Assembly: GCA_965243205.1 (NCBI GenBank)
Contig: CBDEUK010000002.1
Location: 1,344,001-1,408,000, forward strand
Direction of reading: 5' to 3'
Length of the DNA: 64,000 nt
DNA from: Gammaproteobacteria bacterium
Lineage (GTDB): Bacteria; Pseudomonadota; Gammaproteobacteria; Eutrophobiales; Eutrophobiaceae
Below the pieces are notes generated by a model. The model saw only the letters and a program-made list of their open reading frames with translations. It had not been told where the DNA came from and did not search any database. Each line of letters begins with the position of its first letter. Position 1 is the first letter of the stretch. This document shows positions 30,481-40,627 of the stretch, piece after piece. Both the position numbers and the translations under genes were made by a program.

Positions 30481-32049
30481 ATGCAGCTTGAAAGAAAGCC
30501 TTTTGCACTGCTCATCTTAGATGGCTGGGGCCATACTGATAACACCAGCTACAATGCTATCCACAATGCGAATAAACCCAATTGGGATCGCTATTGGGAC
30601 GAATATCCCCACACTTTAATTAGTGCTTCAGGATTAGAGGTGGGTTTACCAGCAGGGCAAATGGGAAACTCTGAAGTTGGCCATATGAATATAGGCTCAG
30701 GGCGCGTTGTTGACCAAGAGTTCACACGAATTAACCGCGCCTTGGAAAATGGAACATTTTTCGAAAACGACCATTTAAACAATGCCTTCAAAACCGCTGC
30801 TCAAAATAATAAAGCAGTGCATATTCTAGGGCTTTTATCAGATGGCGGTGTACACAGCCACGAAGACCACATTTTTGCCTTAATGGAATTGGCTAAACAA
30901 TGTGGCGTCAAAAAGATCTATCTACACGCCTTTCTCGATGGCCGCGATACACCACCGAAAAGCGCTACTGAATCGATTTTCCGTGCGCAAACAAAAATGC
31001 GAGAACTGAAAATTGGTCAATTTGCTTCTATCATCGGCCGCCACTATGCAATGGATCGCAATCAACATTGGGATCGAACCCAATTAGCCTACGATCTCAT
31101 CACCCAAGGTAAAGCCGAATACGAAGCACCGGATGCGTTTGTTGGATTAGAGCTGGCATATAAACGTGATGAAACGGATGAATTCGTCAAACCAACAGCC
31201 CTCGTTTCAGAACGTTCCGCAAGAGTCGTCGCTGAAGATGGTGATGTGATGGTATTTGCTAATTATCGTGCTGACCGTGCTAGACAATTAGCCAGAGCTT
31301 TAACTAAAGAAGCTTTTAAAAGCTTTGAGCGGGAACATGTACCAAAATTAGAGCGCTTTATTAGCTTAACCGAGTACAAATCCAATTATGAATTTCCTGT
31401 CGCCTTTCCAGCCGAAAAACTTGATAAGGTATTTGGTCAATACATCTCAGAACAGGGCTTAAGGCAGCTGAGGATTTCAGAAACTGAAAAATACGCCCAC
31501 GTCACGTTTTTCTTTAATGGTGGTGAAGAACATGTATTTGAAGGTGAAGACCGCATCTTAGTACCTTCTCCACATGTAAAACGTTATAGTGAAAAACCTG
31601 AAATGAGCGCCTATGAAGTAACCGATAAATTAGTTGAGGCTGTGGAAGCTGAAAAGTACGACGTGATTATCTGTAACTTTGCTAACACCGATATGGTCGG
31701 CCATTCGGGTGATTATGATGCTGCGATTAAAGCCGTAGAAAGTGTTGATGAATGTTTAGGAAGAGTTGTTTCAGCCATACAAGCCAAAGGTGGAGAAGTA
31801 ATTATTACTGCTGACCACGGTAATGCTGAACAAATGCGCGTCTTTACTCGTGAAAAAGTAAAATCTGAACCGCATACCGCGCATACAACCAATCTAGTAC
31901 CTTTTCTATATATTGGCCGTCCAGTCGAAATCATGCCTGGAACCGGCTCACTCTCTGATATCAGTCCAACTTTGCTACACTTTATGGGTCTAGAACCACC
32001 AGAAGAAATGACCGGTCGAGTACTGCTTAAATTAAAACAAGATGACTAA
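30481..32049 (+). CDS. gpmI: 2,3-bisphosphoglycerate-independent phosphoglycerate mutase
   Basis: LILDGWG, GQMGNSEVGH, ETEKYAHVTFF, DMVGH, TADHGN. Confidence 0.98.
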   Translation: MQLERKPFALLILDGWGHTDNTSYNAIHNANKPNWDRYWDEYPHTLISASGLEVGLPAGQMGNSEVGHMNIGSGRVVDQEFTRINRALENGTFFENDHLNNAFKTAAQNNKAVHILGLLSDGGVHSHEDHIFALMELAKQCGVKKIYLHAFLDGRDTPPKSATESIFRAQTKMRELKIGQFASIIGRHYAMDRNQHWDRTQLAYDLITQGKAEYEAPDAFVGLELAYKRDETDEFVKPTALVSERSARVVAEDGDVMVFANYRADRARQLARALTKEAFKSFEREHVPKLERFISLTEYKSNYEFPVAFPAEKLDKVFGQYISEQGLRQLRISETEKYAHVTFFFNGGEEHVFEGEDRILVPSPHVKRYSEKPEMSAYEVTDKLVEAVEAEKYDVIICNFANTDMVGHSGDYDAAIKAVESVDECLGRVVSAIQAKGGEVIITADHGNAEQMRVFTREKVKSEPHTAHTTNLVPFLYIGRPVEIMPGTGSLSDISPTLLHFMGLEPPEEMTGRVLLKLKQDD

Positions 32050-33214
32050 GGCCTCTTCAACTCTTTATCGTTTCCATTTATTTGCTTTATTGTGTGCCTG
32101 TTTATTCATTACTTTACCTTTAAAGGCTGAAGAAGATGATCTGAATGATAAAAATCAAGAATTAGAGTCCTTAAAAATACACATTAAAGAAGCCGAACAA
32201 GAACTCAATTCTGCAAATAAAGAAAAACTCAGCCTATCGGAAGAACTCAAACAACATGAAGTTCGTATCAGTGAATTGGCTGCCAAAATTTCTGAATTAA
32301 CACTTAGCCTCAAAGAGAAAAAAATCACTCTGGAATCGTTAAAAAAAGAAGAACAAAAAGAATTATCTCAACTAGAAAACGAACGAGATATTTTAGCCCA
32401 ACAGATTCGCTCTGCTTATATGGTCGGTCGTGCTGATTACATTAAGTTATTACTCAATCAACAAGATCCTGCCAAAGTCAGCCGAGTGTTGGCATATTAT
32501 GATTATCATAACCGGACTCGCATTGAAACCATTCAAACGGCTGTAGCAAAACTAGAAAAACTATACGAACTTGAACAAAGCATCGAAACAGAAACAGCTG
32601 AAATAGTTGCTTTACAACAAGAGCATGAACAAAAAATCAATGAATATTCAAATAACCGTGAACAACGACAGGCTGTTCTATTAAAACTGGATCAATTTAT
32701 TCAGAAAAAAGACGTTGAGCTTGAGAATCTACATGCAGCAGCCAAAGAACTTGGTGAGTTACTCACTACACTTAATAAAGAACAAAAAAGTACTATAGAA
32801 TTTTTTGAAGATATTCCACCATTTCAAAATATGCGCGGCAAAATGTCCTGGCCAATTGATGGAAAAATTGTTGAACACTTCGGAACACCAAAAAAAGGCG
32901 AAGATTTACAATGGAACGGGGTCGTGATCAGGGCAAATACTGGTGATGATGTAAAAGCCATTAATAATGGTAAAGTGGTGTTTGCGGATTGGTTTAAAAA
33001 CCTCGGTATGTTAATCATTGTGGATCATGGAAATGACTTCATGAGTCTCTATGCCCATAATGAAAGCCTACTCAAAAAACAAGATGATTGGGTTTTAGCA
33101 GGAGAGACCATCGCTACTGTTGGTGATAGTGGAGGACAAAGCCAAGCAGGGTTATATTTCGAGATCCGCAAAGCGGGTAAACCTGTTAACCCAAGTCTTT
33201 GGTGTAAGAAGTAA
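32042..33214 (+). CDS. envC: Murein hydrolase activator EnvC
   Basis: Signal peptide, long coiled coil, degenerate M23 domain (LYFEIR). Confidence 0.92.
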   Translation: MTKASSTLYRFHLFALLCACLFITLPLKAEEDDLNDKNQELESLKIHIKEAEQELNSANKEKLSLSEELKQHEVRISELAAKISELTLSLKEKKITLESLKKEEQKELSQLENERDILAQQIRSAYMVGRADYIKLLLNQQDPAKVSRVLAYYDYHNRTRIETIQTAVAKLEKLYELEQSIETETAEIVALQQEHEQKINEYSNNREQRQAVLLKLDQFIQKKDVELENLHAAAKELGELLTTLNKEQKSTIEFFEDIPPFQNMRGKMSWPIDGKIVEHFGTPKKGEDLQWNGVVIRANTGDDVKAINNGKVVFADWFKNLGMLIIVDHGNDFMSLYAHNESLLKKQDDWVLAGETIATVGDSGGQSQAGLYFEIRKAGKPVNPSLWCKK

Positions 33215-33278
33215 ACCGAACAGGATAAAATAGGTCGTAATTATAATTTCAATAAACACACTCTTACCGGAGCACATT

Positions 33279-34667
33279 ATGCATTCCGTTTTTCGTATTG
33301 CCTTTATTAGTATTTTAGTTATTTCTTTGTTGCCTCGAGTCGGTTGGGCGGAAGGTCCAGACTCTATTCCAGCAGATAATGCATCAGCATTACCTTTAGA
33401 TGAACTCAGAACCTTCACTGAAATTTTTGCCAAGATAAAAAACGACTATGTTGAAGAGGTAGACGATAAAGAATTATTAGAAAATGCTATCCGCGGAATG
33501 TTAGCAGGACTCGACCCACACTCAGATTACCTTGTTGCGGAAGCTTATAAAGAACTACAAGAAGGCACCTCAGGAGAATTCGGTGGGCTCGGCATCGAAG
33601 TTGGAATGGAAGATGGCTTTGTAAAAGTCATTTCGCCTATCGATGATACCCCTGCAGCACGTGCTGGCATCAAAGCTGGTGACTTAATCATTCGTTTAGA
33701 CGAAGCCAGCGTTAAAGGCATGAGCTTAAACGATGCCGTAAAATTAATGCGTGGCAAACCTGGCAGTGAAATTGTTCTGACGATTGTGCGTAAAGGTGAA
33801 GAGCAACCGCTTACTATCACTCTTGTTCGTGATTTTATTAAGGTAAAAAGTGTACGTTCTCGAACACTTGAGCCAGGTTTTGCATACTTAAGAATCTCTA
33901 CTTTCCAATCTAGAACAGCTGATGAATTACGTAAAGCCATTATGGATATGAAAGCTGAAAATAAAAAATCAGGTCTTAACGGGGTGATTTTAGACTTACG
34001 AAATAACCCAGGTGGTGTCCTACAGGCAGCCGTTGGCGTTTCTGATTTGTTCCTGGATAAAGGTTTGATCGTCTACACTGAAGGCCGTGTTAGTGATTCA
34101 CAATTAAAGTTTAATGCGAAACCTGATGATATTCTTAAAGATGTTCCTGTTGTGGTTTTAGTGAACGCAGGCTCTGCTTCTGCCTCTGAAATTGTTGCTG
34201 GTGCTTTGCAGGATCACAAACGCGCTATCATCATGGGTGAAAAATCTTTTGGTAAGGGATCAGTACAAACAATATTACCCATGAACAACCGATCTGCGTT
34301 AAAATTAACGACAGCACGATACTTCACTCCCAATGGCCGTTCGATACAGGCCTCAGGAATTGAACCAGATATTGTGATTGACCGTTTAAAAGTAGCTCAG
34401 CTGGATCCACAATTAAACACTGTGGTGAAAGAATCTAATTTAAGTGGTCATTTAGAAAATAAAAACTCCGAAGAGAGTACTGACAAGGAAAATAATAAAG
34501 AAGAGGCAAAGGGTGTTGAGGAAGCTGATGAAGATACTAAAGATCAAACAGAGAATGCTGACTCTGATAAGAATGATGCATCTTCGATTTCGCTAGCCGC
34601 AACGGACTACGAACTTTATGAAGCACTGAATGTGCTGAAAGGCTTAGCCTTTATAATAAAAAAATAA
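33279..34667 (+). CDS. ctpA: S41 carboxyl-terminal processing protease
   Basis: LDPHS, PDZ domain, LDLRNNPGG, SASASEIV, GKGSVQ. Confidence 0.93.
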   Translation: MHSVFRIAFISILVISLLPRVGWAEGPDSIPADNASALPLDELRTFTEIFAKIKNDYVEEVDDKELLENAIRGMLAGLDPHSDYLVAEAYKELQEGTSGEFGGLGIEVGMEDGFVKVISPIDDTPAARAGIKAGDLIIRLDEASVKGMSLNDAVKLMRGKPGSEIVLTIVRKGEEQPLTITLVRDFIKVKSVRSRTLEPGFAYLRISTFQSRTADELRKAIMDMKAENKKSGLNGVILDLRNNPGGVLQAAVGVSDLFLDKGLIVYTEGRVSDSQLKFNAKPDDILKDVPVVVLVNAGSASASEIVAGALQDHKRAIIMGEKSFGKGSVQTILPMNNRSALKLTTARYFTPNGRSIQASGIEPDIVIDRLKVAQLDPQLNTVVKESNLSGHLENKNSEESTDKENNKEEAKGVEEADEDTKDQTENADSDKNDASSISLAATDYELYEALNVLKGLAFIIKK

Positions 34668-34673
34668 AAATTA

Positions 34674-35519
34674 ATGAGAAAAACTTCAGCGATACTGATT
34701 AAATCAGTATCGAGTTTGCTTGCTGGTGTCTTGATACTATCAACGCTTCTAGCAACGGCTCCTGTTTATGCAGAGTCATCGTCTAAAGCATTGGTCAGCA
34801 TCATCATTGATGATCTTGGTTATAAACATCACCAGGATTTTCGCGCTGTTGATCTACCAGCTCCTATTGTATGTGCGATTCTGCCTCATACTCCACTATC
34901 TTCAAAAGTTGCTGAAAGAGCCCACCGTGCAGGTAAAGAAATTATTCTTCATGTGCCGATGGAATCGATGCACAAGCATAAGCATAAAAACTTAGGCCCT
35001 GGTGCTTTATATACAAAAATGAGTAAGCAAGAATTTCTCAGTACGTTACGTAAGAATCTTAAAAGCGTACCTTTGGCAATTGGTTTAAATAATCATATGG
35101 GAAGTTTGCTAACCACTCATCCTATTCAAATGCATTGGTTGATGGATGAATTAAAACAACATGGTTATGCCTATATTGATAGCATGACTACAAGTGAAAG
35201 CGTAGCGAATATAGTTGCTCGCAATAAGAAATTGCCTTATTTGGTTCGAGATGTTTTTCTCGATAATGAAGTCAATCCTAATTATATACGTGGGCAATTA
35301 GAACGCTTAGTACAAAGAGCAAAAAAGAAAGGATCAGCTATTGCCATTGGGCATCCTCACAAAGCGACATTAGACGCGTTAGAAAACTTTATTCGCGAGG
35401 CACACTATCAAAACATCGATATCGTTTCGATGACAGAAATGTTGAAACACCGCAAACACAATACCCACACTTTACGCACTACTGCCTTGCCTAAAGAATC
35501 CGATAACACTTTCCACTAA
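34674..35519 (+). CDS. Divergent polysaccharide deacetylase (YibQ family)
   Basis: IIIDDLG, LHVPME, NNHMGS, RDVFLD, AIGHPH. Confidence 0.92.
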   Translation: MRKTSAILIKSVSSLLAGVLILSTLLATAPVYAESSSKALVSIIIDDLGYKHHQDFRAVDLPAPIVCAILPHTPLSSKVAERAHRAGKEIILHVPMESMHKHKHKNLGPGALYTKMSKQEFLSTLRKNLKSVPLAIGLNNHMGSLLTTHPIQMHWLMDELKQHGYAYIDSMTTSESVANIVARNKKLPYLVRDVFLDNEVNPNYIRGQLERLVQRAKKKGSAIAIGHPHKATLDALENFIREAHYQNIDIVSMTEMLKHRKHNTHTLRTTALPKESDNTFH

Positions 35520-35601
35520 AACCTATATTTAGGTTTAAAATTGTTAAGTAATTACTATGTAAGCCGATAACCTGATTTTCAGAATCACGTTATTGATTGG
35601 C

Positions 35602-36579
35602 ATGTTACGATTTCTAATACCGCTTATTTATTTCCTTTTTATCAATGCTTGCTCGCTAGATGAACCAACATTATCTGAATGGAAATTGTCCGAGTCTGGT
35701 TTATATGCATCAGATATTTCTAGCAATGGAAAATTTGCTGTTATCTCAAGCTTTCGTGAAGGTGTAAGTTATTGGGATTTAGAAAAATCACAAAAACTCT
35801 TTGACTGGAGTCATGGTAAAAATGCTAAAACCGCGATTTCACATGTAAAATTCTCGCCAGACAATTCACATGTAGTAACCGCTGACTTAAGGGCTTTTGT
35901 GGTATGGAATACAAATTCAGGTGAAGCGTTAGGCTATTGGAGTGTTGAATCAGATATTTTAGACATAGCCATTTCTAATGCTGCAACATATGTTTTGTTG
36001 GGTCTAAAAGATGGCAGAGCCTTGCATATTAATCTTGAAACTCAACGTCGACTGGAAGTGATCGCTCATCGAGAAGAGCGCGTCACAACGGTTGAGTTAA
36101 CACCTAGCGGCAAATATGCCATTACCGGAGGTAATGATCATCGAGCTGTAATATGGAATGCCGCAACAGGAAAGGAACATCAAACCTTTGAAATGAGCTC
36201 ACGTATTAAACTAGTTGAGTTTAATCAAAAAGGCACCCATGCTTTTGTTAGCACAGAAAAAAACCAAGCTTTTATATTTGATAAAAAATCCGGCAAACAA
36301 ATTTCTCAACTAAACTTTAAACCACGCCAAGGTTTAGTCAGTAGTGCACGATTTTCTAAAGATGGTAAACAACTATTGCTAGGTTTCCCAGGAAGATATT
36401 TATCCTTATGGGATACAAAAACAGGAACAGTCATTAAACATTGGCGAGTACCTAATAAAACCGTTGGTTTATCACCGCAGAGTGCAACAACTTACAGTGT
36501 AGAATTTATAGAAAAGAATAAAACGATTGTGGCTCAGGCTTCGAATGGTTTAGGTGCTAGTTGGAAACTGGCACCATAA
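35602..36579 (+). CDS. WD40-repeat beta-propeller lipoprotein
   Basis: Lipobox INAC; repeated WD/WN-ending blades (SYWD, VVWN, AVIWN, LSLWD). Confidence 0.8.
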   Translation: MLRFLIPLIYFLFINACSLDEPTLSEWKLSESGLYASDISSNGKFAVISSFREGVSYWDLEKSQKLFDWSHGKNAKTAISHVKFSPDNSHVVTADLRAFVVWNTNSGEALGYWSVESDILDIAISNAATYVLLGLKDGRALHINLETQRRLEVIAHREERVTTVELTPSGKYAITGGNDHRAVIWNAATGKEHQTFEMSSRIKLVEFNQKGTHAFVSTEKNQAFIFDKKSGKQISQLNFKPRQGLVSSARFSKDGKQLLLGFPGRYLSLWDTKTGTVIKHWRVPNKTVGLSPQSATTYSVEFIEKNKTIVAQASNGLGASWKLAP

Positions 36580-36591
36580 AAAAACTTGTTT

Positions 36592-37146
36592 TTAGAACAT
36601 GCTAAATTCTTGTTCCATATCCAAATTTGGAAAATAGCGTTTCATCGTTATTGCATCGGGCTCTAATTGTTTAGCCATCATCAAATCGACATCTTCAGAA
36701 ATATGATCAATCACTGATTCAACATTCTCTTGGTAAGAAGCTTCACTTAATACATTGCCCCAGATTGAAAGGTTTTTGCTATAAATCAAACGTTGATCTG
36801 ATTTCTTGGCCCATTCACCAGACACTTCTTTACCTAAAACGGCTAGCTTTTCTTTAACAACAACCTGTCGGTCAGAATTAATTCCCTCGACTAACTCATC
36901 AGATACTTCCAACCAACCACGTGAAAAACCAGCCCAGCCTTTGTAAAAACGTTTTACCCACATTAGGTAGTCATCTTCTGACTGAGCAGCTTGATTATGA
37001 GTATCTTGTGAATACAAATTTTGATAGTACGATAATTTAGGAATATCAGACGGCCATTCTAAGGCGATAGAATCAACCTTTTTTGGGTTGGTACAAGCCA
37101 TTAACACTAATGGTAATAACAGAATGATAAAAACTTTATTCAACAT
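36592..37146 (-). CDS. Hypothetical lipoprotein
   Basis: Lipobox LMAC after ATG 37146; long ORF directly downstream of ubiB; family not recognised. Confidence 0.75.
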   Translation of the reverse strand: MLNKVFIILLLPLVLMACTNPKKVDSIALEWPSDIPKLSYYQNLYSQDTHNQAAQSEDDYLMWVKRFYKGWAGFSRGWLEVSDELVEGINSDRQVVVKEKLAVLGKEVSGEWAKKSDQRLIYSKNLSIWGNVLSEASYQENVESVIDHISEDVDLMMAKQLEPDAITMKRYFPNLDMEQEFSMF

Positions 37147-37168
37147 AATGCGCCACTTATTTATACAA

Positions 37169-38830
37169 TTATTTTTTAAATGCCAAACCCACAAATCCGA
37201 CTCCTAAGCCAATAAGAACCCAACTTATCATTGGAGCTCCCCATAGCATAGATGATGATTCCATCTCGGATCCGTAAATTACAGCGGCACTGATCACAAA
37301 ACCTGAAGCAATTATCGCAAAAATTGTTCGATCTTTATCAATTCTAGATTCTTGACGTAATTTTTCCAGTTCTTGAGACTTCCATTCAAATTGCAATTTA
37401 CCGTCTTTGGTCCGCTCAATGACTTCGACGATCTTATTAGGTAAATCTGGCAGCCTATCAACCCAATAAGGAATATTTTTCTTAGTGCCTTTGTACAGAC
37501 CTCGAATTCCTACTCGGTCTTTCATCCACTGCTCCATTGATGGCCTAGCCGCTTCCCATAGGTTCAAATCAGGGTGTAATTCTCGCCCTAGGCCTTCAAT
37601 ATTAATCAGGGTTTTTTGCAATAATATTAATTGCGGCATAATGACCATGTTGAACTGCCTAGCCGTTTGGAACAAACGTAATAGCAAAGTACCAAACGAA
37701 ATATCTTTTAATGGACGATCAAATAATGGTTCACAGACTGCACGTATGGCAAATTCAAATTCATCTACTCGCGTATTGGCTGGTACCCAACCCGATTCCA
37801 CATGCAATTCAGCAACACGTTGGTAATCTTTATTTAAAAAAGCTAAAAAGTTCTCCGCAAGATAACGCTGGTCAAACTCACTGAGCGAACTCATTATGCC
37901 AAAATCAACTAATATGAAACGGGTTTTCCCGGAATTATCTTTATCAACAAATATATTTCCCGGATGCATGTCAGCATGAAAATAGTTATCACGAAATACT
38001 TGAGTAAAAAATAAATCTACTCCTGTTTTTGCTAACTGCTCCAGATCAACGCCCATTGCATTTAATGCTGAAATATCTGAAATATGCGCCCCGTAGATAC
38101 GTTCCATCACCATGACATTTTTCCGTGTTAACTCCCACTCAACATTGGGAATGTAAATGTCGTCAGAATCTTGCATATTACGTCGAAGCTGTGAAGCATT
38201 TGCCGCTTCGCGCATTAGATCTAGTTCATTCAGTAGCGTCTTTTCAAATTCACTAACGACATTACTGGGTTTTAGCCGCTGACTATCTTTTGAATAACGT
38301 TCTGCTTGGCGAGCTAAGAAATGTAATATGCCTATATCACGCCGGATAACTTTTAAAATATCTGGCCTTAAAACTTTAACAATAACATCACGGCCATCTT
38401 TTAATTTAGCACTATGAACTTGTGCGACCGAAGCAGAAGCCAAAGCTGTTTCATTGAATTCTGTAAATACTTCTTCAAGAGAAAAACCATAGGCTTGTTC
38501 AATAATGGAACGGGCTTCTTTACCAGAAAACGGGCGCACGGAATCTTGAAGTTTTTCAAATTCAATAACAATGTCTTCCGCTAACATATCTCTACGTGTA
38601 GACAATTGTTGCCCAAGTTTAACGAATACGGGCCCTAAATCTTCCAGAACTCTTCTAAGACGAATCGCGCGTGGTTCATGTTTTTTCTCAAACCAGTTCC
38701 AAGGCAATAAATACAATATAAACCTTAAAGGTCGAAATAAATGTGTAGCAAAAACAATTTCGTCCATACCATGACGGATCAAAATCCGTTGAATGTTAAG
38801 TAATCTAAAAATTTCGCCTATGGAGAACAT
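37169..38830 (-). CDS. ubiB: Ubiquinone biosynthesis kinase-like protein UbiB
   Basis: LGPVFVKLGQ, ASASVAQVH, FHADMHPGN, DFGIM. Confidence 0.97.
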   Translation of the reverse strand: MFSIGEIFRLLNIQRILIRHGMDEIVFATHLFRPLRFILYLLPWNWFEKKHEPRAIRLRRVLEDLGPVFVKLGQQLSTRRDMLAEDIVIEFEKLQDSVRPFSGKEARSIIEQAYGFSLEEVFTEFNETALASASVAQVHSAKLKDGRDVIVKVLRPDILKVIRRDIGILHFLARQAERYSKDSQRLKPSNVVSEFEKTLLNELDLMREAANASQLRRNMQDSDDIYIPNVEWELTRKNVMVMERIYGAHISDISALNAMGVDLEQLAKTGVDLFFTQVFRDNYFHADMHPGNIFVDKDNSGKTRFILVDFGIMSSLSEFDQRYLAENFLAFLNKDYQRVAELHVESGWVPANTRVDEFEFAIRAVCEPLFDRPLKDISFGTLLLRLFQTARQFNMVIMPQLILLQKTLINIEGLGRELHPDLNLWEAARPSMEQWMKDRVGIRGLYKGTKKNIPYWVDRLPDLPNKIVEVIERTKDGKLQFEWKSQELEKLRQESRIDKDRTIFAIIASGFVISAAVIYGSEMESSSMLWGAPMISWVLIGLGVGFVGLAFKK

Positions 38831-38832
38831 GT

Positions 38833-39429
38833 TTATTTATTATTCATTAATCGTTCGAATCTAAGTTTCAAAAGCTCAACTTCATTACGTATTTCATCTA
38901 CATCATTAACAAATTCATTCACTAATAATTGATCTGGAAGTATTCCTGTTTCAAAACGCAAATAATCACTGCTATTACGTTTAAAACTATCTCTAAAATT
39001 ATTTATATTGGCTTTTGCATCTTTAAAAAACAATGTAGCTTTTCTCGCTACAGTATCCCCAACATATTCAGAAATTATTTCTTCCCAATCAATATCCAAT
39101 CGTTTCAAGGTATTTTGAAATCGCTGTGCTAAATTGATATCACCTTTTAATTCTAAATCGCTTGGAAATGTTGATTGACCATCTTTATTCCTAAGCAATG
39201 ATAATAATGATATAGGCTTGCCTTTAATAACCACGTCAGCATCAACTTCTTTATTCAATAAAAACTGCAAACCCAATGCATTTGGTTTAATCGCCAAACG
39301 AATATTCATACCATCAATATCCACAAGAATGGTTTTTCCTGAGTATTCTGCAATCTCACTGAGTATTTCAGGATCGTAACCCAACAAACGATTCACAACG
39401 CTTTCTAATTTATTTATTAATTCATCCAT
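38833..39429 (-). CDS. ubiJ: Ubiquinone biosynthesis accessory factor UbiJ (SCP2)
   Basis: NRLLGYDP, GDINLAQ, LDIDWEE; lies between ubiE and ubiB. Confidence 0.9.
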   Translation of the reverse strand: MDELINKLESVVNRLLGYDPEILSEIAEYSGKTILVDIDGMNIRLAIKPNALGLQFLLNKEVDADVVIKGKPISLLSLLRNKDGQSTFPSDLELKGDINLAQRFQNTLKRLDIDWEEIISEYVGDTVARKATLFFKDAKANINNFRDSFKRNSSDYLRFETGILPDQLLVNEFVNDVDEIRNEVELLKLRFERLMNNK

Positions 39430-39432
39430 TAC

Positions 39433-40182
39433 TTAAATTTTATACGCCGTATGAATTGCCACAATACCAGCCGATAAATTTTTATAGCTAACACGTTCAA
39501 AACCAGCTTGTTCTAATAACTCTTTTAATGTTTCTTGATCAGGATGCATACGAATCGATTCAACTAAATATTGATAACTTGCCTCATCATCCGCAATTAA
39601 CTTTCCAAACTTTGGTATCAAATTAAATGAATACTCATCATAAACTTTCTGTAGTATAGGCAAGCTAAGTTTAGAGAACTCTAATATCATTAATTGAGAA
39701 CCATAATTCAAACATCGATACATTGATTTTAACGCTGTTAACTTATCAGTAACATTACGTAATCCAAAGGCGATTGATATAAAATCAAAACTATTGGAGT
39801 CAAACGGTAAACATTCAGCATTGACTTGAGCAAACTGAATATTATTAGTGATGCCTTTATTAATAAAACGGTCTCGGCCTTCACGTAACATATCACCATT
39901 GATGTCTGCTAAGGTTACTTGGCCTTTATCACCAACACGTTTTAATAATTTAAAACTGAGATCACCAGTACCTCCAGCCAGGTCTAAAACCTTATCGCCT
40001 TTTTTGATAGCTGCTGTATGAATCGCATATCGCTTCCAAAAACGATGTATGCCCAGAGACATCACATCATTCATAATATCGTATTGAGAAGCGACCGACG
40101 AAAAGACCTCACCTACTTTACGAGTCTTTTCATGCTTTGAGACTTTCTCAAAACCAAAATCAGTATAATCAGTATTAGCCAT
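39433..40182 (-). CDS. ubiE: Ubiquinone/menaquinone C-methyltransferase
   Basis: VFSSVASQYDIMND, LDLAGGTGD, AFGLRNVT, ESIRMHP; start set to ATG 40182. Confidence 0.98.
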   Translation of the reverse strand: MANTDYTDFGFEKVSKHEKTRKVGEVFSSVASQYDIMNDVMSLGIHRFWKRYAIHTAAIKKGDKVLDLAGGTGDLSFKLLKRVGDKGQVTLADINGDMLREGRDRFINKGITNNIQFAQVNAECLPFDSNSFDFISIAFGLRNVTDKLTALKSMYRCLNYGSQLMILEFSKLSLPILQKVYDEYSFNLIPKFGKLIADDEASYQYLVESIRMHPDQETLKELLEQAGFERVSYKNLSAGIVAIHTAYKI

Positions 40183-40543
40183 CTTGTTGTTTTCTTGTGT
40201 GCCCTGCTTCAGATAATTTATCAAGGTATCCTTGCCAATAATATTGCTTATTTTGACCAAGTTCTTTCAAATAAGACCACGTGTACAATCCTGTATTATG
40301 ACCGTCATCAAAAATAATTTTTATAGCGTAATTTCCTACAGGTTCAATCGTTTCGATAAGAACATCCTCCTTACCAATTTGCAAAACAGCATCATCCTTG
40401 CCATGTCCTTTGACTTCTGCTGAAGGCGAGTGAACTCGTAAATATTCAAAACTATATTCATAATGTTCGTCATTTTCAAAACTTACACGCAAACAACGCG
40501 ATTGTTTTTTAAGCGAAATTTCTTGTGGAATATCTGTCGACAT
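40175..40543 (-). CDS. DUF971 / GBBH-N-like domain protein
   Basis: EYLRVHSPSAEVKGHG, VGNYAIKIIFDDGHNTGLYTW. Confidence 0.92.
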   Translation of the reverse strand: MSTDIPQEISLKKQSRCLRVSFENDEHYEYSFEYLRVHSPSAEVKGHGKDDAVLQIGKEDVLIETIEPVGNYAIKIIFDDGHNTGLYTWSYLKELGQNKQYYWQGYLDKLSEAGHTRKQQDG

Positions 40544-40554
40544 AAAACTTGTAA

Positions 40555-40597
40555 ATTAAAACAGTGCAAACATAGTAGCGGAATAATGTCTGCACTG
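40555..40597 (-). terminator. Putative terminator after hslU
   Basis: Minus strand CAGUGCAGACAU...AUGUUUGCACUG followed by UUUUAAU. Confidence 0.65.
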
Positions 40598-40627
40598 ATA
40601 GATGGGATTTGACTGAAACTGTATGAA

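Noticed and set aside
34455-34590. Acidic low-complexity stretch near the CtpA C-terminus
   Set aside because: A variable linker is common at this position in CtpA homologues
34968-34990. HKHKHK micro-repeat in YibQ
   Set aside because: Three units in a variable loop; too short to support a metal-binding or phase-variation claim
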